NCBI GenBank assembly: GCA_012295275.1
Contig: CM022671.1
Span: forward strand, 16,926,001 to 16,990,000
Reading direction: 5' to 3'
Length of the DNA stretch: 64,000 nt
DNA from: Chrysomallon squamiferum
Lineage: Eukaryota; Animalia; Mollusca
Shown: positions 13,383-26,808 of the stretch, one piece after another
Position numbering within the stretch: position 1 is the stretch's first letter
Layout of the letters: each line of letters starts with the position of its first letter
Program-made: the position numbers and the translations under genes
The notes under the pieces: model-generated
Databases searched by the model: none
The model's input: the letters and a program-made list of their open reading frames with translations, nothing else
What the model was told of the DNA's origin: nothing

Positions 13383-14363
13383 TTATTTGGAACTTTTCTG
13401 CCCTTCGTTTACCTTCGTTTCGTAGACCTTGTCTTCCAAATCGCGCGTTTTCTCGACAAACTGATCGCCGTTTGCGTGAGTTCGCTTCTCGTGCACATTT
13501 CTTTTGCTTTGACTGAGGAAGAACTTTTCCCTTGCGCGTTTCTCCCACCATCCCATCTTCCTTTTCACGTGCGGTTTTCTCAGTTCGGAAATCTCGTCGA
13601 GTTCTGGTTGACTGGATTTTTTAGTTAATTTCGGACTCTCAGAATGATTTGGTTGTGGGTCTTTCTTGTTACTGTTCTCGCTGTTACGTTTTGCGCCATT
13701 ATTAGCAGTCGTCTGGAGATCGTCTTCCAGTCCTAACTCGGTCTCGGAATCTTCCTTACTTCTTTTTATATGTGTATGCTTATTATCATGTTTCCCATGT
13801 GCTGGATTCATATGTGGAAAAACATGTCTTCTGGTCTTTTCATTTTCCCTCTTCGTACGTGATAATTCAGCTTCGTTCTTTCTTTTCACGCGCGATAATT
13901 CAGCCTCGTCTCCTCTTTTCACGCGTGACAATTCAGCTTCGCCTCCTCTTTTCACGCGTGACAATTCAGCTTCGTCTCCTCTTTTCACGCGTGACAATTC
14001 AGCTTCGTCTCCTCTTTTCACGCGCGACAGTTCAGCTTCGTCTACTCTTTTCACGCGTGACAGTTCAGCTTCGTCTCCTCTTTTTACGCGTGATAATTCA
14101 GCTTCTTTCCTTACAAAGGGTTGTGGTGGAATCTCGTCTCTTTTTACGCGTGATAATTCAGCTTCTTTCCTTACAACGCGTGATGGGGCAATCTCGTCTC
14201 TTTTCACGCGCGATAATTCAGCTTCATTAATTCTCTTTACGCGTGATAATTCCTTTTCCTGATCTCTCTTGACGCGAGTGAGTTCCAGAAAGGATTCATC
14301 TGATCGCTTCTCGCGCTGCAGTTCAGTTTCTAGATTAAGACTGGCTGGATGTAAAGGAATGGC
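13383..14363 (-). CDS. Polyprotein terminal exon, copy 4 (intact, 326 aa; 347 aa with leader exon)
   Basis: Phase-0 acceptor at 14363, open frame to the stop at 13383 (ORF 13383..14390), 13 R-x-K-R sites. Confidence 0.85.
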   Translation of the reverse strand, partial: AIPLHPASLNLETELQREKRSDESFLELTRVKRDQEKELSRVKRINEAELSRVKRDEIAPSRVVRKEAELSRVKRDEIPPQPFVRKEAELSRVKRGDEAELSRVKRVDEAELSRVKRGDEAELSRVKRGDEAELSRVKRGGEAELSRVKRGDEAELSRVKRKNEAELSRTKRENEKTRRHVFPHMNPAHGKHDNKHTHIKRSKEDSETELGLEDDLQTTANNGAKRNSENSNKKDPQPNHSESPKLTKKSSQPELDEISELRKPHVKRKMGWWEKRAREKFFLSQSKRNVHEKRTHANGDQFVEKTRDLEDKVYETKVNEGQKSSK

Positions 14364-14466
14364 CTGGAAAAAGAAAATAAAACACCCCACCTTTGATTAA
14401 AACAGAAACAGAAATAAAAACGAAATAATTATGATCCGCAGAATTTCAATGTAAAGAGACAGAGAG

Positions 14467-14500
<34 letters not shown>

Positions 14501-15589
14501 TTTAGAACAAAAAAACTTAAAAATACAAAAAATCATAAATTTAAAAACAAAATAATAATAAAAAATAACAATAAATAGAATAAGACTTTCAAAATATCGT
14601 ACGTTACATAACACCCACAGATTGCTAGTCCAAGTATATTCCACAATAAATCAGCGTTTTTATTAAGAAAAAACTGAAATCTCTTTTGTTTTATTCAATT
14701 TACATCATGCACAGTGTAAATCCACAGCATTGCGATTGCAAATTTTTTTTCTTTCTCTCAACTGGCTTCATCACTGATTGAATTTCTAAAGTAATATGAA
14801 TAGTCTCTGTGCAAAATCTTATATAAATCACCGTGATCCATTCATTTTCTAATCTGAGTTGGCAGCCTCTCGGGAGAGGACTATTGACGCCTTAAATGAA
14901 AGTACGACCACACGAGGAAATGATGAATGACTGTTTCGTATTCATTATGCTAAATTAAAATTCTTTGTAGAATCAGCTAAATAAGATATGTTGTGCTTGA
15001 TATATATACCGATTATTCGAATAACTGTACGATAATGCAGGAATAGTTTGTAGGTGAAAAAAATGCGAAAATAAGGAAGAAATTTGTTGTTTTGTGAAAT
15101 GCATCCTTTATCGGAATATATTATAGGTGAGGATGATGGAACAAAATACACTGTTTGTGATATACGTCCATAAAATAACGTAGCTGGAATACAGTGTGTA
15201 TGAAAAGAATATTTTAATTTTTTCGCTTTTATTCGTGCAAAAACAAACGGAAAAAGATTACAGCAACATGAAAATGTTTCATTATTTCAATTACAAAAAT
15301 GATTAAAATCAGGACTGAAATCAGGGGTCCATCTGTCTGTCTAGATTACAACATAAAACAATTAGATGTATTTCTAAATACTCTGAGTTTCAGTAACAGA
15401 TTAATGAGAATTATTAGCATTAAAATAATGACAGATCAACAGTTAAATACTTTGTCTTTTGATAATTTCAGATAGCTTGAATTTACAATATTAGTAAAGA
15501 GAAGAAGACTGAAAGAAATATGTAGACAAAATGTAAGTTGTTTATATAGGAAATGATATTTAAAAACGTATTTGTTATTGCTTTTGTTG

Positions 15590-15639
<50 letters not shown>

Positions 15640-15727
15640 TTAAATTAATTTGAATATTTATTATATATTTATTCTTAATTACTGTATTTATTTTATTAAT
15701 ACTACTACTACTAACACCACCACCACC

Positions 15728-15766
<39 letters not shown>

Positions 15767-17743
15767 GCTGCTGCTATTGCTGCTGCTGCTACTACTACTA
15801 CTACTTCTATCGTTTTATTTCTTATTCGTTTCTTAGAATAATTATTAATCTATCACGCACGTGTTTGCGTTTTGAAACAGTATCTGGATATCGTTTTAAT
15901 TTTAAAATTTGTTTTTCTTATTAGTCAATACGTAGATAGATACCACGTTGTACTGAACTAGCACCTATAGCATAAGCTTTCCACAGCTTCTGAAAATTTT
16001 ATTTGAATGCCGAATAAAATTTACAGCATATTTTTGTGATACCCACTGTACAAAAATTTAGATATTTATCATTTTAATGTAACAGTATTTATTGATAGAT
16101 GACAATAATTTTAATATCTTTTTAATAATAATTTTTATTTATTTTATTAACTTCAAAAGTTTTTTCTCCAAGCCCACAATAATGTGTTTTCTCCAGCCCC
16201 TGGGAAGGTAAATATCAAATATCCTCTCACTGCTAATTAAAACAAAATAGAATGGCACAAGTGGTTTATGTTTCTCATTGATTATGAGGACTTTAACCAA
16301 ATGTGTTATATCATCATCAGTTATAAATATGATATTAACTAAAATATATCTTTCTTTTATTTTGCAAATGAAATGTTATGTGATTTATTTTAACTATAAT
16401 CTGTTTTAATTTCAGACTTCCACTGGCCCAGTTCCTTATGTTGATACTGTTCTTATGACACAGACTGCAGCAAAATATAAATCTCGAAGAATGTCAAGAA
16501 GATGAATTTTAATAAAGGAATTTCTAATACTTGAAACTGAAGAAAAAAAATAAAAAATAAAACTGAAATAAATAAATAAAGTGAAATGAGTGAAATAAAT
16601 AAAAATTTAAATTAAGAAAACAATTGTGTTTCTGTAGAAATTAAAGATTATTTTTTTAATATTTGATATATTGTCCATTTTGTTTTAAATTGTTGAGAAA
16701 GAATTCTAAACCTGCAAACAGTTTTAAGCATCGTGTCATTAAAATTTTGTATTTTATTGTTTATTTCTTCATTTTTATTTATTACATTTTATTTTTTAAG
16801 TTTCTTTTAAATTTAATTTTGAAGATTGTGTGTAAACGTTCTGGCCTGGTTCATCTTTATGTTTAGAGGATAAAAACTTCTTATTTCATTTTATTTAGAA
16901 TTTCAAAAAGATTTACTTCAGGATAAATTTGTGTTTCAAAAAAAACAAAAGTCTCAATTTTCAAAATTAAAGAGATGACTTTCTTTAGTTCCTTTCATTG
17001 GTAAACAACATCTTGCTACTGCTACTCAGAGAGACTTGCCAGTATTTCCCGTTTCAAATAATTATTTCAAGAACTGTACGACTCGCATCTATTAATTGTT
17101 CATAACTGTATTTTGATACCATTAAACAAATACTCATTATTTAATAACTTCCACCGGGTCATTGTATTTAACAGACAGAACTACACTGACAAACTCTATC
17201 TTGTCCATCAGCACATAAACATTCAGCTGCAGTGACGCTCTGGTCATGCAGGTCACAGATATTACGGCTCGATGGCATTTCCCCAAATTTTCATCTCACT
17301 GCTGTTCCTATCAAGAGACAATTGCCTTGATAGGAGGAGACCAGTAAACCCATTATTCTCACTAACCAACCTATTAACACCGCACTGAACAGAAAATCCG
17401 GGCTTCCGGACTGGTTAGCCAGGGCAGATGTTAATGTCAGATGAAAGTAAACGGATGATTGTGTTTGTATTAATAATGAAATCGATGAATAGCACTGTTT
17501 AGTTTTTGGGTAATGTAACTTTACACAAAACTGCAAAACGCGAAGTAATTTATAAAATGTCTGTTGTATCCAGACATTCCTTGTTTATTTTGACATGTAA
17601 CAATGTAACAATAAAATATTAAAATGTGCAAACACGTTGTTCTCCGACTCTCGCTGTCACTTTGAACAACAACAACAACAAAAAATAAGAAGTCTTTCTC
17701 GTAAAAACACGAAACGTTCGATTCAACCAGTTAGAAAGCGCAT

Positions 17744-18711
17744 TTATTTGGAACCTTTCTGCCCTTCGTTCACCTTCGTTTCGTTGATCTTGTCTTCCAA
17801 ATCGCGCGTTTTCTCGACAAACTGATCGCCGTTTGCGTGAGTTCGCTTCTCGTGCACATTTCTTTTGCTTTGACTGAGGAAGAACTTTTCCCTTGCGCGT
17901 TTCTCCCACCATCCCATCTTCCTTTTCACGTGCGGTTTTCTCAGTTCGGAAATCTCGTCGAGTTCTGGTTGACTGGATTTTTTAGTTAATTTCGGACTCT
18001 CAGAATGATTTGGTTGTGGGTCTTTCTTGTTACTGTTCTCGCTGTTACGTTTTGCGCCATTATTAGCAGTCGTTTGGAGATCGTCTTCCAGTTCTAACTC
18101 GGTCTCGGAAGCTTCCTTACTTCTTTTTATATGTGTATGCTTATTACCATGTTTCCCATGTGCTGGCTTCATATGTGGAAAACCATGTCTTCTGGTCTTT
18201 TCATTTTCCCTCTTCGTACGTGATAATTCAGCTTCGTTCTTTCTTTTCACGCGCGATAATTCAGCCTCGTCTCCTCTTTTCACGCGTGACAATTCAGCTT
18301 CGCCTCCTCTTTTCACGCGTGACAATTCAGCTTCGTCTCCTCTTTTCACGCGTGACAATTCAGCTTCGTCTCCTCTTTTCACGCGCGACAGTTCAGCTTC
18401 GTCTACTCTTTTCACGCGTGACAGTTCAGCTTCGTCTCCTCTTTTAACGCGTGATAATTCAGCTTCTTTCCTTACATAAATTCGTCTCTTTTTACGCGTG
18501 ATAATTCAGCTTCTTTCCTTTCAACGCGTGATGGGGCAATTTCGTCTCTTTTCACGCGTGACAATTCAGCTTCATTAATTCTCTTTACGCGTGATAATTC
18601 CTTTTCCTGATCTCTCTTGGCGCGAGTGAGTTCCAGAAAGGATTCATCTGATCGCTTCTCGCGCTGCAGTTCAGTTTCTAGATTAAGACTGGCTGGATGT
18701 AAAGGAATGGC
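17744..18711 (-). pseudogene. Polyprotein terminal exon, copy 5 (closest to the leader exon; frameshift/stop at ~18472)
   Basis: Acceptor at 18711. Copy 4 reads GAC GAG ATT CCA CCA CAA CCC TTT GTA AGG; this copy reads GAC GAA TTT AT GTA AGG (net -13 nt), giving ...RVKRDEFM*. The downstream frame 17744..18415 is intact. Confidence 0.75.
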
Positions 18712-18822
18712 CTGGAAAAATAAAATAAAACACCCCACCTTTGATTAAAACAGAAACAGAAATAAAAACGAAATAATAATTATGATCCGCAGAATTTCAA
18801 TTTAAAGAGACAGATTTCAATG

Positions 18823-18854
<32 letters not shown>

Positions 18855-19926
18855 TTTAGAACAAAAATACATAAAATAATAAATTTAAAAACAAAATAAT
18901 AATAAAAAAATAACAATAAATAGAATAAGACTTTCAAAATATCGTACGTTACATAACACCCACAGATTGCTAGTCCAAGTATATTCCACAATAAATCAGC
19001 GTTTTTATTAAGAAAAACTGAAATCTCTTTTGTTTTATTCAGTTTACATCATGCACAGTGTAAATCCACAGCATTGCGATTGCAAATTTTTTTTTCTCTC
19101 TCAACTGGCTTCATCACTGACTGAATTTCTAAAGTAATATGAATAGTCTCTGTGCAAAATCTTATATAAATCACCGTGATCCATTCATTTTCTAATCTGA
19201 GTTGGCAGCCTCTCAGGAGAGGACTATTGACGCCTTAAATGAAAGTACGACCACACAAGGAAATGATGAATGACTGTTTCGTATTCATTATGCTAAATTA
19301 AAATTCTTTGTAGAATCAGCTAAATTAGATATGTTGTGCTTGATATGTGTACCGATTATTCGAATAACTGTACGATAATGCAGGAATAGTTTGTAGGTGA
19401 AAAAATAAAAGCGAATATAATGAAATTTGTTGTTTTGTAAAATGCATCCTTTATCGGAATATATTATAGGTGAGGATGATGGAACAAAATACACTGTTTG
19501 TGATATACACCCATAAAATAACGTAGCCGGAATACAGTGTGTATGAAAAGAATATTTTAATTTTTTTCGCTTTTTATTCGTGCAAAAACAACGGAAAAGA
19601 TTACAGCAACATGAAAATGTTTCATTATTTCAATTACAAAAACGATTAAAATCAGGACTGAAATCAGGGGTCCATCTGTCTGTCTAGATTACAACATAAA
19701 ACAATTAGATGTATTTCTAAATACTCTGAGTTTCAGTAGCACATTAATGAGAATTATTAGCATTAAAATAATGACAGATCAACAGTTAGATACTTTGTCT
19801 TTTGATAATTTCAGATAGCTTGAATTTACAATATTAGTAAAGAGAAGAAGATTTAAAGAAATATGTAGACAAAAATGTAAGTTGTTTATATAGGAAATGA
19901 TATTTAAAAAGGTATTTGTTATTGCT

Positions 19927-19966
<40 letters not shown>

Positions 19967-20582
19967 TAAATTTATTTAAATATTTATTATATATTTATTC
20001 TTAATTACTGTATTTATTTTATTAATACCACTACTACTACCACCACCATCAGGACCACCACCACCACCACCACTACTACTACTGCTGCTGCTTGCTGCTG
20101 CTGCTACTACTACTACTACTACTACTACTTTTTATTTCTTATTCGTTTCGTAGAATAATTATTAATCTATCACGCACGTGTTTGCGTTTTGAAACAATAT
20201 CTGGATATCGTTTTAATTTTAAAATTTGTTTTTCTTATTACGTCAATACGTAGATAGATACCACGTTGTACTGAACTAGCACCTATAAACATCAGATTTC
20301 CACAACTTCTCTTTGTTGTCGTTATTCAACCACTGGTTTGGTTTCCTAGTAACATTAAACTCTGATTAGTTCTGCTGTCTGAGGTATTTCCTTACGTAGA
20401 TCGGCGCCATTTCAGAAAGTAGTCACCAAGTAACCATGTCAGAACTTGCCATTGTTCGATATTGATTTCGCTGGAGGACGTTTATTTGTATTGTGTAATT
20501 GCTAACGAACCAGATTTGTCCCAGGTGACCACTGGACGATTTATAATTATCTGCACACGAGTGAGATAATGATTTCACACAT

Positions 20583-20622
<40 letters not shown>

Positions 20623-21062
20623 CATACGTCTCTATGGAAGTGTTCATTATATAAAGACATGCGTATATATGTTTCTATGCACATACGTACACAAATAAAA
20701 TTGCACATACAAACATACTGTATATTCCAACAAATATATACGCATGCACTGATGAACGCACGCACGCGCACACACGCACATACACATAGCCATCATCTTC
20801 TGAAATGTAGGCTACTTCTAACTGGGGACTGGAAACCTAATAAATCGAATAAATCTAATATACCTGTCGTCTAATGGGTATAACTCGTCCTTCTAGACAG
20901 ATATTAACACCACTTAAATGTTAGGAAATTAATAATTTATTGTATAATCTGATTACTGTTACCTCTGTAGCTCGTGGATTTTAAGTGTATATGTAGACCC
21001 CATATAGTAATAGTGAGAATGTATGTATTATGTATAAAAAGCGTGTGTGTTTTCTCTCTGTG

Positions 21063-21068
<6 letters not shown>

Positions 21069-21158
<90 letters not shown>
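21069..21158. repeat. (GA)n microsatellite
   Basis: Perfect dinucleotide run of ~90 bp. Confidence 0.95.
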
Positions 21159-21161
<3 letters not shown>

Positions 21162-21571
21162 TAGCGTCTTAATATAACTTTAGAAATTATAGGAACTAAG
21201 AATTATTTTCTGAATTGTACTGTATTGTATTGTATTGTCGTTTATTGTTTTGTTTTCTATTGCTTTGCATTATATTTAACCTTCGATATTGGCAATGGCT
21301 ATCAGAAGCGTTTCATGCTCAAAAACTTTATTGATTTTTGTTGTTATGATCGTATTTTATGAAACAGTCATAAATTCATCGCTTAATCTTCATGCGAGAA
21401 AAATGACAAATTGCATTTTTAAGAATTGTAACTATAACAACATTTATAATAATAAAATAGAAATATTCTGATTATATTCTAAAATTATTCTTAAAGATTC
21501 TTGACATTTTTTATTATATGAAAGAGTCACGAGAAAATACATTTGGCTGGTTTAAGTAGGTTGGTAGATAC

Positions 21572-21603
<32 letters not shown>

Positions 21604-22307
21604 GTATATGTATATATATATATATATAAAAATTTAAATTTATATATATATTTTACATTTGTATATATAAATCATTATGTATAAATATATAAAAACAGAC
21701 AGGCTCCAACATACAATACACTTTTAGAATGTTTTTATGACATATACATACATATTTAATTTCTTTTATGATATATTTTCTATGTAGACAGGTGTAAATG
21801 ACATTGATATCATTGTTTTCCTTCTTTTCCTGAATTTATAATGAAGCGATGCTAAAAGATATATTGCACTGAAACATCATTTTAACATTTGGTTTCAACT
21901 GTAGCGTTATTTTATTTATTTATTTATTTTATTTTATTTTATTATTATTATTATTATTATTATTTTAATTTCAAGGACTTCTAAGTTCAAGTAATATCCT
22001 TTGTTTAAAATTTTCATTCAAACTAAAAAATCTATATAACTGTGATTAAGCGTTTGCTTAAATGTACACCTTCAGAGTAAGCCCATACTGCTTTCTGTTT
22101 AAACCAGTGGCTAAATACTGTAGTAAATTATGAATCTTTATCCATGGTTAATGAATGTAAAAGACACCTCGCTGCTAACATAAACTGTAGCGGATTTCTT
22201 TTAAAAACAGCTATAGTAAATCTGTATCAGTAACTACAAATGTAATCATGCAAGATTACTTAACTTCTGACAGAAAAAACTAATCAGTTAGGTTTTGTTA
22301 AATAATT

Positions 22308-22391
<84 letters not shown>

Positions 22392-24253
22392 TTTTAATTT
22401 TTTTTTTTTTTTTTTTTTTTTTGCTAGTAGATGGAAGGAAGAACAAATATTGTTTTTATCTTTCTTTCTTTTCTTCTATTAGCTTGTATTTTAGAGGGTT
22501 CTTTATTATTATTATTTTTTTAATTAATTAATTAATTTATTATTATTATTATTATTTTGAATAGCATGCAAACAAAGTCAGTAACAGTTGTAGCATTATA
22601 TTAAATAACTTGGAGTCACTTGGCACTGAGACATTTAAGGAAAAAAACCCACACAGGTCACAGCATCACGTCAGTTAGTGAATTAAGCCAGGAAGACAAA
22701 TCTGCTGTCTGAAATACATTTATTACAAAAAAACTTTCTATAATATAGCTGAAAAAAACAACCGAGAACCTCGGCTAAAAATTAAAGGACATAAAAACGT
22801 TACCTTTAAGAAAAAGGATTGTACTACTTTCAGGGAAGGACTGACAATGCTGCCAGTTTCGAATTATATGCATTTGTTTTCTTTTATCTTTTGTTATTTT
22901 CCTATTTCTGTCATTCTTTGTTTTGTTAGAATTAAAAAATAAAAAAGTAAAGACGGAAGAAAATAAATAAGTAAATAAATAAATAATAATAATAAATGAA
23001 AAAAAAAAACAATAATAAAAAAAAACAAAAAAAACAACTCAACAACAACAAATCACTTTGTTGAATTGCAAATTAACGACTTCGCACCAAAGGTTACCCT
23101 GTGGTTCTTTTGGTTTGTTTTGTTAAATTCTTCACTTTTTATTTTATTTTTAGTAAATATGCCAATAATTTAAGAGCTGTAGAACAAAGTGTTTCAGTAG
23201 GTGAACAGGTGTAGAGCGTGTGTCTAGTACTGAAACGCTTCCGTTCCTAAATGTCAATGACGTTAAATCACATTCTAATGGCCGGTTAACCGCGCCATTA
23301 TCTTGTCACACGGAAACGCTTTTCTGGCGGAAACCGTACAGCGACAGAAAGAATGCAGAAAGCAGAATTAAGTGAGACAAACTGACTGACCGACTGACAT
23401 ACACTCATTTGTGAAAACCACAACATCAACATGATCAACAACAATAATAATACTAATGCAACAACAATAATACTAATGCAACAACAACGACAATAATACT
23501 AATGCGTATATATCGTATGATCCGTCATTACTTAAGATATATATATATATTATAATGATGATAAACAATACTCATCATCATCATTATAATCTCACTGGAT
23601 AAAAATGTAGTAGAAAAATCATGGAATAAAAAAGAAAAAAATAAATGAAAAAAAGAACACGGTACTAACTTATTTCCATTGTTAAACCAGTAAATAAATC
23701 ATATTTCATTAATAATAATAATGATGATGATGATGATGATGATGATGATGTTGATAAATTAATAATACAAATTAACAATCAGTGATAACTGAAAACAGAA
23801 GCATTATATCTTTGATACTTTATCGAAGCTCTGAGTCTTTCTTACAGTTCTGAAAACCCAAGTTCTATATCGGAAACTCGTTTAGGACAGAAATAATGCA
23901 AATTTTATAAGTCTGTGTTATTAGCGGATTTCATCCTATAGCATCAGAGGCTCAGAACTACGTATACGGAAATAAGTCTAGCGAATTTAATTTTATCAGA
24001 TTCAGTTTCATGATCTTTTTGCACGTAACTGTTGAAAGCATTTCCCGTCTTAAAATGACAATATATATTTAATGATTTTCATTAAAGTGTATTTGTGTGA
24101 GAATAATAATAATAATAAAAAGATACAATATGTTGTTTATTTATAAACTATTGTAGCTGTTATTATTAATTTTTGGGGGCATATGTGTTTATAAGTGATG
24201 TGATATAGTCCATTAAAAAATCCCCCAAAAGTAAAAAAATACCCCCAAAATAT

Positions 24254-24292
<39 letters not shown>

Positions 24293-24642
24293 GAGTTTGT
24301 GTCTGTGTATATATGTATCGGAAAAACAACAAAATAAATAACATAAAACGTATTTAAAAGCATCTTCATTTCATATCAAGTTACGTAAGTGTAAGTGTCT
24401 GGTAACCTATACGACTGCTGTTTCAGCTCTCTCCTGTTTTACAGGCTCTCTGAAGTGACACCTGGGACATTATTAACGAGTCATTATTTTCTCTCTGTGA
24501 CCGGGTGTTATTAATCAACATGCCATTTAGTATCAGTTTTGATATATAGTTCATTTCGTCTGTTAAAAATCAGCAAATGAAATATTACAGTCATAAACTA
24601 GAGCATGCATATACCTGAAATGATTGAAATGGCTGCGAAGGT

Positions 24643-24780
24643 GTATGTATGTATGTATGTATGTATGTATGTATGTATGTATGTATGTATGTATGTATGT
24701 ATGTATGTTTGTACGTATGTATGCATGTATGCATAGGTGTATGTGTCTGTATGTTTGCATGTATGTATGAATGCATGTAT
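24643..24780. repeat. (TATG)n microsatellite with degenerate tail
   Basis: Directly visible tetranucleotide run. Confidence 0.9.
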
Positions 24781-26061
24781 CTGTGTCTATCTCTCTGACT
24801 GTATATCTGTGTATATGTATACCTTTTATTTTTATGAGTTTTTTTTTTTTTTTAAATTAAGGAGAATAATGAAAAAATGATGGTGAAATTAAGTCATAGA
24901 ACATTTGTCAGCTCAGTGTATTTCAAAATATCGTGAAATTCCACAACAAGCAAAAACAAACAACAAAAAAACACAAACAAACAAACACAACAAAAACCCA
25001 GTCAATTAAGTTTTCTCTCTAGACAAAACTTTTAACATGGATAATTTATTTCTACTTATTGTTTTAAACATTTTTTTTTTTTTTCCAAAAATGCGTTTGT
25101 TTTTAACACTCTTCGAAGCTAAAATTAAATATATTGTTTGGAAGATTAACAATAAACTATAATTTCCATATAATTTCCATGAGAAAATAATTTAAACATC
25201 TGTTACGTTTTTCTCCAGAAATGCAGAAAAAATGGTGTTGGGCTTTTAGTGTTTTGCAGAGAAAAGAATATCAATAACGTTTCATCATGCTGAAGCAAAC
25301 AGGGACTACGTGTAAATGTGCTTTCAAAGTACTGTTTGCATTTCAACAATTCTCGCAATTTTTATAACAATGATCTCTATCACCGAACTATGAGGTGACA
25401 AAGCTTTTTCAACACAAATACGAGAAAAGCGTTATGTTCTATCATAATCATATTCACGTCGCATAAAACATTTTAACAGAAAACCCATGTCATGGTTTCC
25501 ACTGCAAATTAGATTCTCTTGTCCAGTGTGAAACTAGTTACTAGAGCAAAAATCGTTTAACCTACTAATATTTCAACTCGTGCTGGGAGGACAGATTGAT
25601 TGACAAAGCTTGTAAGTGTGGTAGGAACGTGGATCTAATCCAAAAGCGGATTTTGTTTTTTCCCCTCTGAAGTTTGAACAAAGAGAGGGAAGAGGATGGA
25701 TGTTTTCAACTTTTTTTTATTAATTAATTTACCTGCGACATTAACATTTCAACCATAAATAGTATTGTTTATACCTTCTTTTTAAATTAAATTTTTTTTT
25801 TTTTTTTTTTTGTTTTTATGTTCTTTCTTTCCGGAATTTTATTTTATTTTTTATTTTTTTTTTTCTCTTTAATTTTAGAACTCCCACTTTAAACATTAAA
25901 CCGTAATCCATGGGTATAATTTATAAAATATAACTAATTATAAAAATGTTATATAAATGAATAGAGTATTTAGTTAATCTGTAATAAATATAAACAAGAT
26001 AGATACAAAAAAAATTAATGTTAAATATGTGTAAATGAGTGTATGTGTTTGTGTGTTGTCT

Positions 26062-26093
<32 letters not shown>

Positions 26094-26764
26094 TCAGTGA
26101 AGATTTTGTTCAGATTTTCTGTTATGAACTGGTTCTCAGCTTTCTGAGACTGCTGCGTAATTCATCGATGAATCCCATGATATTGCTATTCATATTATTG
26201 AAAATATTATATTTTATTTTTTAAACAAAAATGCTACCTTTGTATATATGTGTCTCTGTATGTATGTGGATGTTGACTGAATGTGTGTTCGTGTCTGTGT
26301 GTGTGTCTGTCTGTCTCTCAGAGCTGACTGTGCATTTGCCTGAGTGTAGAAACATGACCATTAAAGATCGTCAAAGACCTTTAACACAAGCTGCCCATGA
26401 TTTATTTACTACCAAGGGAAATAAGAAATGTCAAATGGTCTCAAGAAATATGTCGTCATATCCGCGAAGAACGGAATAACGTTTTCAGATTAGATATTTA
26501 GCACACGCTGCTGTCGTCAGTCGGCAATTCCGTTTGGAGTAAATCAACGTAAGTACCTGCATCGAGGGCTGGGACGTTCTCCCTCGGGTTAAGACAGATT
26601 TATATTTTCAGTTGTTTGTGATGAAGCGTGAAACAGAATTATTAGACGTTGGTATTACAATATGATCATTATTTTTTACAATCTATACCACTATTTTTAT
26701 TTTTATTTTTGTTTTTAATGTTGTGGTTTTTTTTTGGGGGGGGGGCTGGTTGGGGCGGTTTGTA

Positions 26765-26808
<44 letters not shown>

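Larger units (their letters stand above)
1..20310. repeat. Head-to-tail tandem array of ~4.3-kb units (4 complete + 1 partial; continues past the left window edge)
   Basis: The landmark at position 1 (ctaa[t/c]caacc) recurs at 4336, 8674, 13001 and 17362 (periods 4335, 4338, 4327, 4361). Homology ends at ~20310 (cacaacttct), equivalent to 2968, 7304, 11628 and 15991, which mark the unit junctions. Near-identical ORFs recur in the ORF track. Confidence 0.97.

Noticed and set aside
13860-14260. Regularly spaced 33-bp repeats resembling a CRISPR array
   Set aside because: No unique spacers, an in-frame coding minisatellite, eukaryotic context and no cas genes.
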